A stretch of 62,939 nucleotides of DNA, from positions 1 through 62,939 of the forward strand of contig KZ538546.1 of NCBI GenBank assembly GCA_000934665.2. Direction: 5' to 3'. Position 1 is the first letter of the stretch. Each line of letters opens with the position of its first letter. Origin of the DNA: Catajapyx aquilonaris (lineage: Eukaryota). The translations under genes and the position numbers were made by a program. This document shows, piece after piece, positions 23,801 through 37,870 of this stretch. Under the pieces are notes generated by a model. That model was not told the origin of the DNA, searched no databases, and worked only from the letters and a program-made list of their open reading frames with translations.

Positions 23801-26800
23801 CAATATACCCTGGATAGTTTGTTCCAATTGAGATGTCCGTTTCAATTAGCGATTTAGAACTTGGCTGCTTATTTTAAGCAGGTGATTTCGTACTGTTACT
23901 TTCAGTCATTATAAAATGGGATCAACATAATTATAATCTCACAGCCCAGTGGATCAAAATAGGTCACCCATCACTAGCAATGACTCACATTCGAAAATTC
24001 ATTGCAATTTGAGACACGATTGAGTACCTTCCAAAACTGTCATTGTCAGCTAATTGCGAGAAAATCTCTAACTGATCCTGACACCCTAATTAGAACACAC
24101 TGTATAATAATTAATAATGTACTCTCAAAATCCAGTCGTGTTCACACTGTCATGTTAAATTCGGGAAGTCATCGTTCTAATTTTTTAGAGCGAAAATTGT
24201 GCTAGGTTTTTTTATATATTTAAAATCTGGCACCTAGTACTTGGGCGAAGCGTGCATCCATAACTTTTACCGCGTTCCATTTTACACTGAAGCCAACGTG
24301 TTTGAAGACCGCGTGCCAGCCGCGGTCAATCAGCAATAGAAAGTGTGGTAAACAGGATTGAAGGAAGGAATTTACCCTACGCCGAACTTCCGCGATACCA
24401 AAAGGTGGGCCCTATCAAACGACCAACTTTGCCCATACACCGACAGACATTCGGTTGGCATCTGCGGAGGCGTGGGCTCGTCGGATGGAACAATAAGTAA
24501 CACCCGCCAACTCTGCCTAATATTTCCTTCTTCCCCCGCCCCCGCCCCTCCCGACCACACCCGTCACGTCAATGACGCTCGCCTATAAATATTCACGTCC
24601 AGACCAACTCCGATACTGGTCTTCTCTTTGGATGCTTCGCAGGCGCTGTCATGTCCTCACTACCGAATCTGACAACGCTGCGTGGAGACCTTCCAATAGG
24701 CACAGCGACCTTGAATCAGTAGCCTATAGGGACTCACAAACGCAACGTTGCCATTGCTCCGTTTTTCAATTTGAAAAAAAAGGCAATACCAGTACGTTAA
24801 ATCAGAAACAAGGGGCAATTTCTGATTAGGCAGAAAAAATTCTTTGGCATCTTGCGTCCACTCTCTGCATGTCTTCTAACAAGTGCAGTATTGTGTGTAA
24901 TGAAGGTTCGCTCCACGCAACATTCCGCGAGATTCAAAAGCATTGTTGTTATTGTTCCGTTTCTCCTAATGTATTATGCCTGAGTTACGTGAATGTAGTA
25001 ATTTCCTGGGCAGAAAAAAAACAGTAACATCATGCACGCATGTTCAGCTGACCACCGTGGTCACGTAAGACTCACACTGAGATTGTCACCGCGCAGGATG
25101 ACCTTTCCACGTCCGTAAAAGGCACAGATGACTCAGGTCATATCTTTTTTCAGATAACTCTCCAACTTCCTTCCTTCCTAAACCAATAGCATATGCATTT
25201 TTGGTACATTTTCTACCTCCAGTGTGTGTCCTGGATACTATGAAGCGTTGCAAATCGCTAGTCTCGTGCCTCTGAGTCGTTTATTTTCTGGCGTCGTTCG
25301 TCACACATGATTGTGTGGAAAGTGATGCCAGCCCTTGGGTCGTTTTCCCACAACAGGGGAATTCGTTAGTTCCGTATCGATAGGGTAAAAGGTCGAGTCG
25401 CTTTATGATGAAATCAGACGGCGAATCGAATTAGGGGTTTTTTTTTTAACGTAATGCACTCAACATGTTTCAACTTTTGGAATCATATGTCAAGGGCAGA
25501 CTGGCAGATATTCATAAATGGTAGTGTCATTGCCTGAAACAAATGTGTTGTCGCACTCGCGTGCAATAACCGAATAAATCATGTCACAGTTTCAGGATAT
25601 TACAGCATATTCCATACGTGCAGGCAGATTGTTGACGCACGGTGCTATATTTCAATCCCACACCCTACCAAAATTTGGCAAACTATTTTTGCATGCAATT
25701 TGGATAGGCTCTTCATGGATCGTCCCATTTACCTATCTCAGCCAATCGGAAAATTCATCACATCGCAATAATGAACCAAAATAATCACAGCTTCCTGACG
25801 TTAGCACATCCCAGACATACCTATGGTTATTCCCATTTTGTTATTCAGAGTTATTTTTACCACTACTCGCAGACATGCTGAAGGTGACTGACATCATACT
25901 TGGAATTTATCGCGGAAAACTCGTCGACCAAAAATGTGACCGCGATAATCCTGGCCTGATCTGTCCGGCCCCCTCTGGAGTGCATGGGCCACTCCTATGT
26001 ATAGTACTGGGTTCAATCCTCGGTGGGCTTACCTGCCCTACAGGTCAAGGTCTCAGCGGTTCTCACTGGTCAGATTGTTACCGCCACTCTACACTTCTTT
26101 GCACTCCAGAATTGTGTCATCTCGGATTCAGAGTTACATCTCTTGTGACAGTAATCTGTAATTGCTTTCGAGAACTCATCTCTTCCTATATTATTTTAAA
26201 TGTCGGCTATATAAAAGACGAATTGACGGAGGCGAAGGCCCCCCAAAGAGTTCACTAGTAAACAGGTGATGTCTTGGCACCAACGCGGATATATACAGTA
26301 GTAGCGCAGGTCATTGGTCTTGACGTGTACTATACTGTATTGCGCTGGAGCAAAGACATCGCCAATTTTTTTTTATCACTGGAGCGTCGCAACATGAATC
26401 GTCTGAATTTAGCTACTTTACCGACTACAAAATAATTAAAATATGGAAATACAATAGTTATTGCACAAAATGTTCAGATAATTACCGATGGTTCACACAT
26501 TTAAAAATGCTTCGCCTGTACCATGATCAATATGCTTGTGACCTCAAGACAAAATAATTGAAGGCACGCACCCGCAATAAGAGGAAGGGAGGGCGCGGTG
26601 GGAGGATTGTTTGCAAAGGGTGTGGGTATCACATCATGAGTCGTGAGCTTTCCTTCCTTCTTCCTAGACCATAGCTGTCCTTTTATGGGGGCCAATAAGT
26701 GCCTTGCCCGTACATTGCCGTGTATTAGCTCCATCATGCAGTCTGGGCCCCGTGACATCATTGTTATCCGTTACGTAGCACCTGTCGAAAAAGTCCCCAG

Positions 26801-29800
26801 TACCTAGCGTCAAGTGTCACTTTTCCACCAGATGAACCCTTCTACGGGGCTCTTACCCTCAGGTATGTGGGAGGGTACGTGTGGTGGGGGAGAAAGAGGT
26901 ATGTTGGCAAACGTGTAGCTAAGGTGGTCACACCAGTTTACACAGGACGAACAAGACTACGAATCCTGAACTTTTTTTTTTTTTTAAAAAAAAAAAGAGC
27001 ACCTTGGATCAGTCAAAATTGTCAACAGTCTGTTACAAACTACCGGAAATGCACACTTGACATGCTTACCAACTCGTCCGAAATAATCACACTCATCAGT
27101 CGATTTCGGAGGACAGTATAGCCTCATTGTTCGAAAATGAGAGAAAAACCTTCGAGACTCTCTCACTTATCAGTAACAACAAAAGCCGATCGGAGGAAGA
27201 TCACAATTACACATATCCTTACACTATGTATCCTTCCCTAACCATCATTGACTGATCAGTGTGCAATACCTTGCCGAACATCCTGTCTGGAAGTTACATT
27301 AGATTGGCCATACAATATGAAACAAGTACGCAAATGTCACCCCGTTGCCTTCAGGTTCTAGGTCTGCATGTCGTATCGAGTGGGTTTGTTTATAAAATTA
27401 CAAGAAACCACCAGTACCTGAAAGAGCTTTAAAAAAATATCGGTTACAACAAACGTTTACGAAACTCTCCCGCCCACCTACGCTTAGCACTCCAGGTTGA
27501 AGTTGCATGACTGGTTTCTTCAGTCACAGGCTAACCTACACGCATGCTTTACATGGGCATCGCACAGTCCACTTTTCCTACCACCAAATACGCAGATGAC
27601 CCATCCTTCGCGTTGGCTAGTCCAATAGCACTACAAATAAAATGCATCTCTAAAAACAATAGTTCCTGGAGTGACGTGGTTGTTAGACCTTGGCATAAGT
27701 GCAGGGGATGAGGCCGATCACCTAACCATGTCCAACATTTTTCGGCCCTTCACGCTACCTTGGGCGGTAAGGTTCTCACGATATTTTTTTCTCCTTTTTT
27801 CAGAAGGAGGTACCCGCTTCGCATATGTTACAATCAGCCTTGGAAACCGATATGACCAGATCACAACACGCGCACACTCCAACGAAATGTATAAACAAAA
27901 TATGTGGAGTGACCTCCCATTTCCTCAGCAACAATAGGTCATGGCCGTTACATTCTTTTTAGACACAAAATATATTACATAACGTGTACCTGCTGAATAT
28001 CCGCTGTGAATATATTTTTTTGTTTAGAGTCCTGCAAAACTGCGCAGATTTTGACCACCAAGGTCGGGCCTTTGAAATATGCCACAAAATTAGCCTATTT
28101 TGACGCCTACGTGGTGCAACAGGGGGTATTACATATTTATCCAAGTGGGTACGCACCAAATCTCGTGGCTGGATAAAAAAGTAACCCACTGATAGTTGAG
28201 CATGGAAGGGTCACATGAGAACGTACAGTTAGCGAATGCACGTAATAATGAAGACACGAGCGTGCTTGGAATGTGGTCATTTCATGGTGGCCTCGTACAA
28301 GAATTTCAGGTTGTAACGTCGGGGTACAAAGGTGCTGTTCGGTTCCAAATTGACTTACGGCGAGAGAAGGGTCACGTATAATGTGCCTTCCAGAAATGAA
28401 TACCAATCATGAATGTGCATTCAGAGCTCAAACATCAAGGGTCAAGAGTCAATATTTTCGTTGCAGTCAACAATTGAATATCGAACAAAATATTTGAATT
28501 TCGCCTCAGATTATATTCGGTAGCAACCCAATGCGCAAATATATCACTCTGGACATTCATATCCGGAAGTATGTTGTATTACACACCTTTCTCAAACGCA
28601 GATAAATAGCTAGAAATTTTACAGGGTGTCATAAAACGGCAGACTTCACGAAGGATAGTCAAATTTGACGAAATAATTTGGCGTCATATTACTGATGATA
28701 CTGCACTTCCGGATAGGAAACACCCTCATTAGCAATTTCCTCATTATTTTCATCCCAACACTTGCTACGCCCTTGTAAACGGGCAGTTTCTTAGGTTCCC
28801 CATACCCTCTCCACACCAGGAGTAATAAGAAGCGTTCAAGGTGGAGAACACCTTTTTTTGCTTCTCATTTGCATTAGCTCCTTTACGCAGCATATCGAAG
28901 GCTATTCATTGCAAGCACTTTCTCAGTATGATGCCACGTCGTGTGAACCCACCTTTATATGCATCAGGTAGTTTAAATGGACAGCCCAAAAATTAATTTA
29001 TACATGGTATGGCTGACGAGTTCAGTCCTCCCCATGCTATGAACCACCGCACTTCACTGGATCGCTGGGCACCACGATGTTGCAATATGCATATACTGTG
29101 CCTAGTATTCTTCCTACCGTACCATATGACAAGTGTTTCTCCTCGAGATGCATTCCTATACGAAAAGCATGCAGTCACGCCACTTCAAAGAATACGCTAG
29201 TGAAGCTAACAGTTATAACCCCCCCCCCCCTTCACAGCCTCTCAGAGCACCAACCTTACGGTACGTGTTCCTCTTGGCAACGAAACATACGGGACGAAAA
29301 ATACCTCGAGCAATTCACGTACTTTTCACTTTTTCGCCATTTACGAACGTACAGTACTAGCACAAACCCAACACCACTTGCAGATTATACAGCTGAGTCA
29401 TATGATTCATTCGACAATGAATACACAACAATGGTCAGCCAACGGAAGTACCACTTGGCGATCCATCTTATATACCCACTTAGCTACATATTATACCATC
29501 GTTTTTTTCTGCCCAACAGATGTCAGTGACCGAACCCAGCCCGTCACGGAAAAGCTTTTGGAAACTTAATTACAACTAGGGAGTTCGGTGGATGGGGGTT
29601 CATTTGCCTGTAATAGTAAATTTCTGGCAGGTAAGAAAAATGGTGCTTTCACTTGTAAGGTGAGGTAAGAGCACGCAGACTTCAAGTAAAGGCTTTGAGT
29701 TGCGGCAAGAAGATCCTGCCCTTGTCGCTAATGGCAGGTCACCAGAGAAAGGTGGAAGTCTGGTGCAATAATGGCCAGAACTCTTCCGCTTTGGCACTTC

Positions 29801-32800
29801 GCGCTTGATTCACAAAAAAATACCACTACCTAATTGGAATAATAGTGATTGTAAGGAACAAAAAGTAGCTCCTAATGCGGCCTCCTAAATAAACAGCATG
29901 CCACTTCGGCTCAGGTTCACTGGCATATCTAATCACCCCTGGGTGGGTGGCGTAACGGCATCCATCTCCCCCCACTCTCGTTAAAAACTCACTTAAAAAC
30001 CGCCGTTTACGTGGAAAGAAACAGGCATATTTCCACTCAAATCAGTTGAAAATGAAACTTGAAAATTTTTAGGCGAGTTTATGTGGAAAAATCGAATTTT
30101 TGACTTAAATCAGTGGAAATGATGGCAGTTTTAAGTGTAAAATGCGTTTCTTCCCAACCACCGCCAAAATGCACATTTGCATGATTTTTCAGAAATAATT
30201 TCATTTGCTATATTTAAATAGGCGCAAAATCGTCATGTTTACGGAGTAACCAGCTTTCCCCCCGATTTCTAACTGACCTTTAACAGCTAACTGCAGTTAT
30301 TTGATATGGCATTTGAACTCCCGTTACATCTTAACGCAGTAAGTTACAATGCTGTAAGAACCGGGCATTTGTGTCTCAAAAAGGTCAGGCGTCTTTTTCT
30401 ACCATGACCTATACAGAAAGGCGGAGTAAACAAATTCTAGTACAGCTCCTTTTTCGGGAGGAGACAAACTATCCACATTTAAACTGTACTCATGAGACCG
30501 TCTCAACTACTTGGTAGTTCTGCTTGTTAAAAAGAAGAAGAAGAAAAAAAACACTTGACCAAAAGGTCATTCCCTGAGCAATAACCCAAACGTGTTCACA
30601 CAACTTTTTTCTCTCACATGACGATGAAACTTGTCCGGGCTTAAGGCCAAGGATGAATCTTGCTTCTAATGACAGCCGCCTACGGTCAATAGGTCACGCA
30701 TAATGGCAATCTACCCTAAGCTCAAACTATGTATTACAAATGGGTCCAAAAAATTCGCAAAATTTTCTCCTGGGAATTTTCATTTATTCCCTATCCTATT
30801 TGCGGCCACACGGCCCTTGAACCTGTGCAATGTTGATAATTTAAGCTACATTGTGGAAAAAAAGTGCGCTTTCAGCTGTAAGAGGGGACAAGCCAGCTGC
30901 AGCAGCTGGTCACCCTATGAAACATGGACGGAGGGGGGGGGGGGGGTCNNNNNNNNNNNNNNNNNNNNNNNNNNNNNNNNNNNNNNNNNNNNNNNNNNNN
31001 NNNNNNNNNNNNNNNNNNNNNNNNNNNNNNNNNNNNNNNNNNNNNNNNNNNNNNNNNNNNNNNNNNNNNNNNNNNNNNNNNNNNNNNNNNNNNNNNNNNN
31101 NNNNNNNNNNNNNNNNNNNNNNNNNNNNNNNNNNNNNNNNNNNNNNNNNNNNNNNNNNNNNNNNNNNNNNNNNNNNNNNNNNNNNNNNNNNNNNNNNNNN
31201 NNNNNNNNNNNNNNNNNNNNNNNNNNNNNNNNNNNNNNNNNNNNNNNNNNNNNNNNNNNNNNNNNNNNNNNNNNNNNNNNCCCCCCCCCCCCCCCCAATT
31301 TCCTTAGCCAATCCGTTAGTTCTAGCTTATGACCATAGATGGGAATAAATTGGCCGTCATAAAAATACAATTCGTAATAATTCGTGCGAAGTGTCCTACA
31401 TAGCACCTACTAACCTACAGAGCAGGCTAAGGAACTCACATGCGGCCAAGTTGTGTCCCCTGGCAAGGGGCAGGCAAGCACTGCGACTATTTTGGTGGGT
31501 ATTTGGCCCAAGGCGCTGCATTCTACAGACGGGCGACATACAGGAGTCACTGTCCGCTATGATCACACTTTCATACCTGTCTGCACTACTTCATAACGGT
31601 TATTTCATCTCGAAAAAAAAATTGAGCCGGCCTCACTAATATTTTATGAAATATTATATAGCTTTTGCATACATGTCCTTCTGGTTTCAACCCATCAGGA
31701 AGCTCCGCTCACTGTACAACCTTGCCATTTATTTCGCATTATGCAATAAGCAGGCAACCGTGCCGCCATTGCGGTCCATACCTCATTCATTCAGTTCCAT
31801 GCCGCGATTTGAAGCCGCGGACATTTTCAGTATTGAAATCATTTTTTTTAAAAAAGCGCATGCTATAGCGTAGTGCATGCCATATAGATGGTAATGATAC
31901 TCATGGCCTCGAGCTTGACCCATCCTTCATCATCCAAATGACGCAATAAAAAAACAGCCTCCCCACAAGTCCACCACACCAGCAAACGTCGCGTTCACCA
32001 GACAACAATCATGGTCACGACAACCACTCCTACCTGGCCTCAAAAAAATGTAGGTAAAAAATATTACATCATTCCTTCTGTAAATAGACCTGTAATCGGG
32101 GAGGTCAGAGGGCACAATATTTGTAAGAAACGGAAGCAACTGCAGGCAAAGCCATTTCAAGCTCTACCCCGGTCCCTTTCCTGCCTATCCCCCTCCAGCA
32201 AACGGGTGTTAAAAATATAACCTGAAACACAAACTGCTCCTCTTGCCTGTGTAGGTATCGTGCCGGTCTCGCAATGTGGGCTAGCTTCCAATTGGGCGTA
32301 GGTTACTTACTCCCAAAATCCATCCATCCATCTGTTTCTCTCCTATGCAGGTCATATCAACTCAAATCAACACTAAATTATTTTTATACTGTATATACTT
32401 TTTAAAATGTGTGTCAATATGTTGAACATATACTTTCGCTGTATACGCACCCGGTGCGTAGTGATTGTGCTTTTTTTAAAAAAATTGCTATTCATCACAC
32501 GAGCGGTGAAAGTTGATGTTAAGTACACCGAAAAACGAGCCAATAGGGGCCTGACCCACTTGGACATGTTCCCTTCTTACAAGACGCCTTCAGACAAAAA
32601 TTTCATCATGGAAAACATTTTTTCCCACGCCTTCAATACCGGCAACGCCCCAATCACCCGCGGGCTTTGTAAGGTAATGCACAATGATGGTCTGTAATAG
32701 TGTTACAGTAGGTCTAATAGCGCACTATCAGCTGGCGAGCAATCCTTGAATAATATTAGTAGTAGGCTATTTTCGAGATAGCAACTTGCATATTATGCAT

Positions 32801-33001
32801 CTTCACAAACCGGTAATGATGATACTCAAGAGGAAGTGATAACCGGAACTATAAGAGGAACTGACGATACTGATTAAAATAGTTATTTTTCTGAGCGCTA
32901 TATGAGATGACGAGGGTAATGGCCTACAGTACCTTCTCTTTGGCTCTCCCTGCGTGTTTTTGCACCGTCTTGGCGATCAGAGCCCCTTTACTCTCCGCCA
33001 T
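9509..33001 (-). CDS. Amph: Amphiphysin (N-BAR + SH3), about 452 aa
   Basis: Exons 33001-32933, 16812-16677, 16531-16341, 16239-15967, 15903-15785, 15710-15544, 11360-11181, 9793-9651, 9589-9509. All introns are GT-AG with consistent phases, 1359 nt in total. The protein starts MAESKGALIAKTVQKHAGRAKEKILQNLGKVDRTADEIFDEH and ends in the SH3 domain LYRVRATYKYNQEDVDELSF...EEGWLMGVKESSGEKGLFPANFTRPI*. It closely follows insect amphiphysin. Confidence 0.96.
12598..12843. mobile_element. Sola-type MITE
   Basis: About 32-bp TIR GAGGTACTTAGAACAAAAGTGGCCCAAGTCCA, GAG...CTC ends and a 4-bp TSD AAAT. Confidence 0.8.
13335..13405. mobile_element. Tiny TA-flanked MITE/hairpin
   Basis: CTATATCGCTCAAAAAC / GTTTTTGAGTGATATAG between TA dinucleotides. 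Confidence 0.65.
14697..14775. mobile_element. Tiny Tc1/mariner-like MITE hairpin
   Basis: 30-bp inverted arms CTATCGGCACAGAAATGGTCCGGACACTTG / CAAGTGTCCGGACCATTTCCGTGCTGATAG. Confidence 0.7.
17024..17096 (-). pseudogene. tRNA-like cloverleaf (Lys-CTT-derived SINE head or atypical tRNA)
   Basis: Acceptor ATCCCTG/CGGGGAT, D stem GCTT/GAGC, T arm CCGGG-TTCGATT-CCCGG. The anticodon arm is 19 nt, CTGCTCTCTTAGTGGGCAG, which is 2 nt too long. No oligo-T terminator follows immediately. Confidence 0.6.
17827..17879. repeat. (ATT)n microsatellite, possibly a retroelement tail
   Basis: Pure trinucleotide run; it explains the poly-Y and poly-I ORFs in the track. Confidence 0.95.
30949..31280. other. 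Assembly gap (others at 35445-35599 and 36480-36485)
   Basis: Runs of N flanked by poly-G, poly-C or (CT)n. Confidence 1.
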
Positions 33002-33513
33002 CTTCCGCACACTCCACTTGACTGCGGCTGGGCCGGATTCTGTGCACACCCGACCTTACTCCCGACCCGCTGGAAGATACTTGGAGTAATAGGCGTTAGA
33101 GGGCAGATTTGTTGGTTTTGACTGGTGCTGCCTCTGCTGGAAAGGGTATCGTGCAGGTCGAGGTGTAGGTATTAATTAGACGGAACAATGATGGAAATGA
33201 CAATTCATGTTCTATTCAATTGGTGGGGAAGTTTCGTATTGTCTTGAGTCGATTGTTATAATAGGGCTCAAATGGTGCAATAAATGGAGTTGTAGAATTC
33301 GTGTTCAGAAGAGCGAAAATTCCAGTCTTTTGGAGCGAAAAGAGCGCTTTTGAGAGTGTATAGGGTTTGCAAAAATTTGTATTTCATATTTAATGCGGTA
33401 TACCTGCTCTGGCTCAATGTTTTGTTCTTTATCATTGTGTACTGATGTACAGTACTGTAGAGTAGGCCTACTATGTGCAATGTAGTTCGTGACTCCTGTG
33501 GTAAGCTAGATAT

Positions 33514-33739
33514 TAGTGGTTCCCAAACTGGGGGTCGCGCGTGGCCGCGGTTATTTTCATAAACAAAAAAACGACTAAAATTAAAAAATTAACAACATAA
33601 ATTTTGTAGGAAATTTCATTACGAAGGTGGTTTGTTTCAACACCTACTAACGCTAGGGGGCGGGGCGGGGGGGGGGGGTCACAGGTTACTTGACTATCAT
33701 AAAAGCGGGTCGCGACCCGAAAAAGGTTGGGAACCCCTG
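33514..33739. mobile_element. hAT-like MITE
   Basis: TAGTGGTTCCCAAAC...GTTGGGAACCCCTG with GGGGTCGCG subterminal motifs. TSD is degraded. A related right end lies at about 34820-34852. Confidence 0.7.
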
Positions 33740-34146
33740 TAGTGTATTATATCCTTTCGCACAAGTGCACAGGAAGAGATATCAAATTGGAGCCTCACGC
33801 CAAAGACCAAGGCCGCCGCATCCTTGAATACATATGGAATTTTTAAAAATAACTCTTCGTCGCCATATTTACTGAGTCGTCAATTACTACTCCTTACTCG
33901 TCCTTTTCTCGGTTACCATGCAGGTGTCCATTTCCATGAGTCAGTATACCGGTATACTGTATTTCTGAATTATATAGGCCTACTGTATATGGGCAGATAT
34001 GGGTGATTCTCCAAAAACTTACCATTTTCAAAGCAAGAATTAATGAATTTCAAAACTTGTTTTAGAAATCTGGAAAAATTCTCACTTACTCTATATGAGG
34101 TCACAAATCAGGGAAAAATATGGAGAACTAATTCTGATATTCTAAT

Positions 34147-34450
34147 GCCAGGAGAGTGAATATTTCCAGGAGTTCGGGAGCCAGAAGAATGACCTATGCA
34201 TGCAATAGGATTAATATCATGGTCCAGAACAAACGTTGTCTATGGAGATTTCGGTGGGTTCAAGAAGACCCTTCATTCCATGGAATCACAGTTATTTCAA
34301 AACATTTAAGCTATTATGTGACATAGAAAAATGAGCCAGGAGTGTGAACTTTTAATTTCCGGGAGAAAAATGACCTTTGGATGCATTAGGATTAATATCA
34401 CGGTCAAGAACAAACGTTGACTTTGGACATTTCTGTGGGTTCAAGATGGC
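34147..34450. repeat. Diverged direct duplication (~120-bp unit)
   Basis: AATGACCT...AGGATTAATATCA...GAACAAACGTTG...GTGGGTTCAAGA occurs twice, at about 34147-34270 and 34335-34450. Confidence 0.8.
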
Positions 34451-34453
34451 TTA

Positions 34454-34730
34454 CACTGCACTCCCGATTATCCGTGATAATAATTAATGCACGGACATTC
34501 CCGGATAATCGCAAAACACGAATAATGCGTATGTGGTCCTAGACACCGTAAAAATGAGCTATTCATATGTTTTTAAATTTTACCAACTGTATGCTGCTTT
34601 ATATGTGTACAAGGTTTTATCAAAATAATATGCTAGACATATATTGGCATTCTTTCGGACTTTCATTTCTAACCATTTTTTCGGCGATGCACGGATAATA
34701 ATCCGCGCACAGATAATCGGGAGTACAGCA
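34454..34730. mobile_element. pogo/Tigger-like MITE
   Basis: CTGCACTCCCGATTATC / GATAATCGGGAGTACAG inverted ends, with CGGATAAT repeats. Confidence 0.65.
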
Positions 34731-37700
34731 TAATAAACCACTATTCTTGCAGGTATGTAGATAGGCGAGTGGAGACAAGCGGCTGCGAAATTTTCACCGA
34801 TTGCAAGTAAAAATTACCGCGGGGGTCGCGACCCACAGGTTGGCAACCACTGGTGTGAATGATACGTGAGACACACGTTCGGATGGTCTTCACCTGTAGC
34901 GGTGACGTCAGTGGTGGATGTTTAGTAACCGGATGAGCCCTCACTCCGACCAATTTTCGCATAAAAACACGTGCTCTGCTCGCACCGGAGAATGGCGGAC
35001 GTGGAGGCAGTCTGGTGCACCTGAACCGGGCCTCGCAGAGTTACGGCCCATCAATATTGAGCACTCCGAAAATTTCAACACATCGACGGAGCGCATGCGC
35101 AGAATGGTCACATGTAGTATGTAGATTATTAAAAGCCGACTGTGATGGAAACTCCTCCCGCACCGTACGACCTACAGCGTTGGGAGTGGTCTCGAAATTT
35201 AGCCCGCGTTTTCTAGATTTGCAATGAACTTTTTTTTTTTTGGAAACAATACCCAGGGACTTTGTAAAACGCAATAACCTAAAAAAAAGGGAGAAATGAC
35301 AGTTGCACGGGATTCCCAATTCCGCCGCTCAGGGCGCCACCTCCTCGGTCGGGACTTGCTTACTTCTGCACTTTAACGTCGGATTAATAATATAGATGTC
35401 GCTTCGATGCTGCTTCCTGGTGCGTCTCTCTCTCTCTCTCTCTCNNNNNNNNNNNNNNNNNNNNNNNNNNNNNNNNNNNNNNNNNNNNNNNNNNNNNNNN
35501 NNNNNNNNNNNNNNNNNNNNNNNNNNNNNNNNNNNNNNNNNNNNNNNNNNNNNNNNNNNNNNNNNNNNNNNNNNNNNNNNNNNNNNNNNNNNNNNNNNNC
35601 CCCCCCCCCCCCTTCCAAAAAGATTCCTGTCTATTGAGCAAGGGCACCAAACGGAATCTTCTCTAATCACAAAACGAGGGACAAATCTCTGCATTGACTC
35701 TCCCCCTCTTCAAATTCAGCACGCTAACCCTTTCAAGTGACTCCCACATTCCCTGAATCTCCGCCAGACAGCAGCCCAGTTGTCCTGCAATTTTGTTGCA
35801 ATGATGAGGAGATATGCGGGGGAATTCATAAGTGAAAAATATACATATAAGGTAGATCTTACGGGCCAGACTGTCACTCTTCATGCAAATGCCCAGGGTA
35901 AATTGGTATCGTGGTTGTTTCATGATGCTCCTGACCATGAGCTCCTCCCATCATCCCATGACCTGCAGTGCTGTTTTCTTTCTTCCTCACGTCACAACAG
36001 CCAGTGGTCAATCTGACTCGAAAGGGGTGCATCTTGTATATACCATCCTGCCAAAATAATAATCATCCAAAGACAAGAAATACACTGACGATAAGAGCCA
36101 TCTGTCGCCAGACGAATAGGCCTTCCTCCTCCCACCTGATCTATGTTGCCATCCTGTAGGTGTGTTCCTTTGTTTGGTGCCATCAGAATCATATCAGAAT
36201 AAATTCACTCTTGTTGGTATTAAATCTGGGTTTACAACAATGGTCCTAGCATCCTGTTATTTGCTGGATTAAACCCATTGAGAATTATGGGCACTTTCCT
36301 TTGATCATCTCGGGGCTATACTCCTACTGTTCCTACACTCTCATTCAGTTTCTACTTAGAGAAGTAGAAATTATTGGTGATTTTTTTGCACTTATGAAAT
36401 TGAAAGGATGACACACACTTCTGCCCCTTAAGACCGCCATCTTTTCACTTAAATAAGAGGAAGAAACAATTTTCTACTGNNNNNNCCCCCCCCCCCCCAA
36501 GTCATCATTTCCACCTTTAGAAGTGAAAATTGGAAAGGAAAATAAATGCTAGCCTATGCGTAAACTAAACCAGCGTAGTGTAATACAGAATCCCACCCTC
36601 CACAATAGTATCTACACCTTGCCATGGTGGAGAGCTTGTGTTTCTCCCTAGAGCTGAAATATTTTATTTAAACATGATTTTTTTTTGGTCACATCCTTCA
36701 CATGCTGGATGAGGTCAATGATATTTGATATGCTGAGAGGTATTGCCTTGAAGGAGTTTAAAATAGCACAAACCCAGCCTATCTCAGCCATGCAAATAAG
36801 CAAAGAATTTCACACTGTCCCTCCTGAGCTCCCAAAGCATTTAGCCATTTACCTGGTGATGCCAATTAGTGCCAATTAGGCAGGGATATGTGATGACTGG
36901 AGTCCGGATATTTAGGCAAATGCCAATTTAGTTCCTTAACAGTTGGGATGGTTTTGTGAAGAGATATATCAATTTCATAAGTGCAGGATGCGGAAAATGT
37001 AGGTTTTATAGTGCCTAAAATTGCCTATTTCGTGGTTTTGGGAACTATTTTGCCTATTCTGCCTATTTGGCATTTTTTGAGATAGTTTTTGAACTTTTTG
37101 CAGTAATTCCGAGACTATTCCTTCAGAGGCATGTTTGGTTTTTTGAGGAGTATTTTTTGTGCTCCTGAAAGAACCAAAATCGTTCCAAATATTTTTCTAA
37201 ATTTTCCTCTGATTGGAAGAACATTTGGCCACATATTGTGCAAGTCAGGTCCAAGTGGCAACTGGCTATCAGCGGTAGAGTTCAGAGCAAGTGACACTTG
37301 CTTGCACTTTGTGATTTTCTGTCAGTTTATCGTTGTTATTCGATTTTTGCTCTGGTTTGTGACCTTATAATTATACCTTAGGCCTATAAAATTATTCTGG
37401 CTTTTTTATTTTCTGTAACATTATCCTCCATACGCCCAAAAAAGTATACTTTTTGCGCCTATTTCGGGGGTTTTTCGTGCCTAAAAAATCTAGTGATGAC
37501 CCAGACACCAATGGAAGAGCCCAAGTGCACAGGTAGAGCCCCATTGCACCATCACCTTTCGGGCAGGACCCACATATCACAACTATCACTTATTTTATTG
37601 AAACAAATATGGATTTAAAAAAAAATGAAAGTAGATATTTAGGTCTCTCATCAAATGTAAGGAAAAATCGAGACTGCTATTGAACAGTAGTGAAACAGAT

Positions 37701-37870
37701 ATCTTAAAAAAATTATAATAATTATGGACTAACCTGATCAGATATGACTAATATAATTATTTTGCATTTCATTTGATTCTTCAAGTTGTTCACCATAATA
37801 CAAGGACCCATCTTAATCACTGAGAAGTGCCCTCAACAAAATCCAGCCCCCTGCCACTCCTACAATACAG

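Noticed and set aside
25875..29529. 127-aa and 150-aa ORFs as nested genes
   Set aside because: No recognisable domains or convincing splice structure.
30703..31406. ORFs spanning N runs (also near 35329-35740)
   Set aside because: They are gap artefacts.
35085..36200. NRF-1-like GCGCATGCGC at 35091 and exon-like pieces at 35.8-36.2 kb
   Set aside because: The motif sits in TE-like sequence, and no consistent ORF could be assembled.
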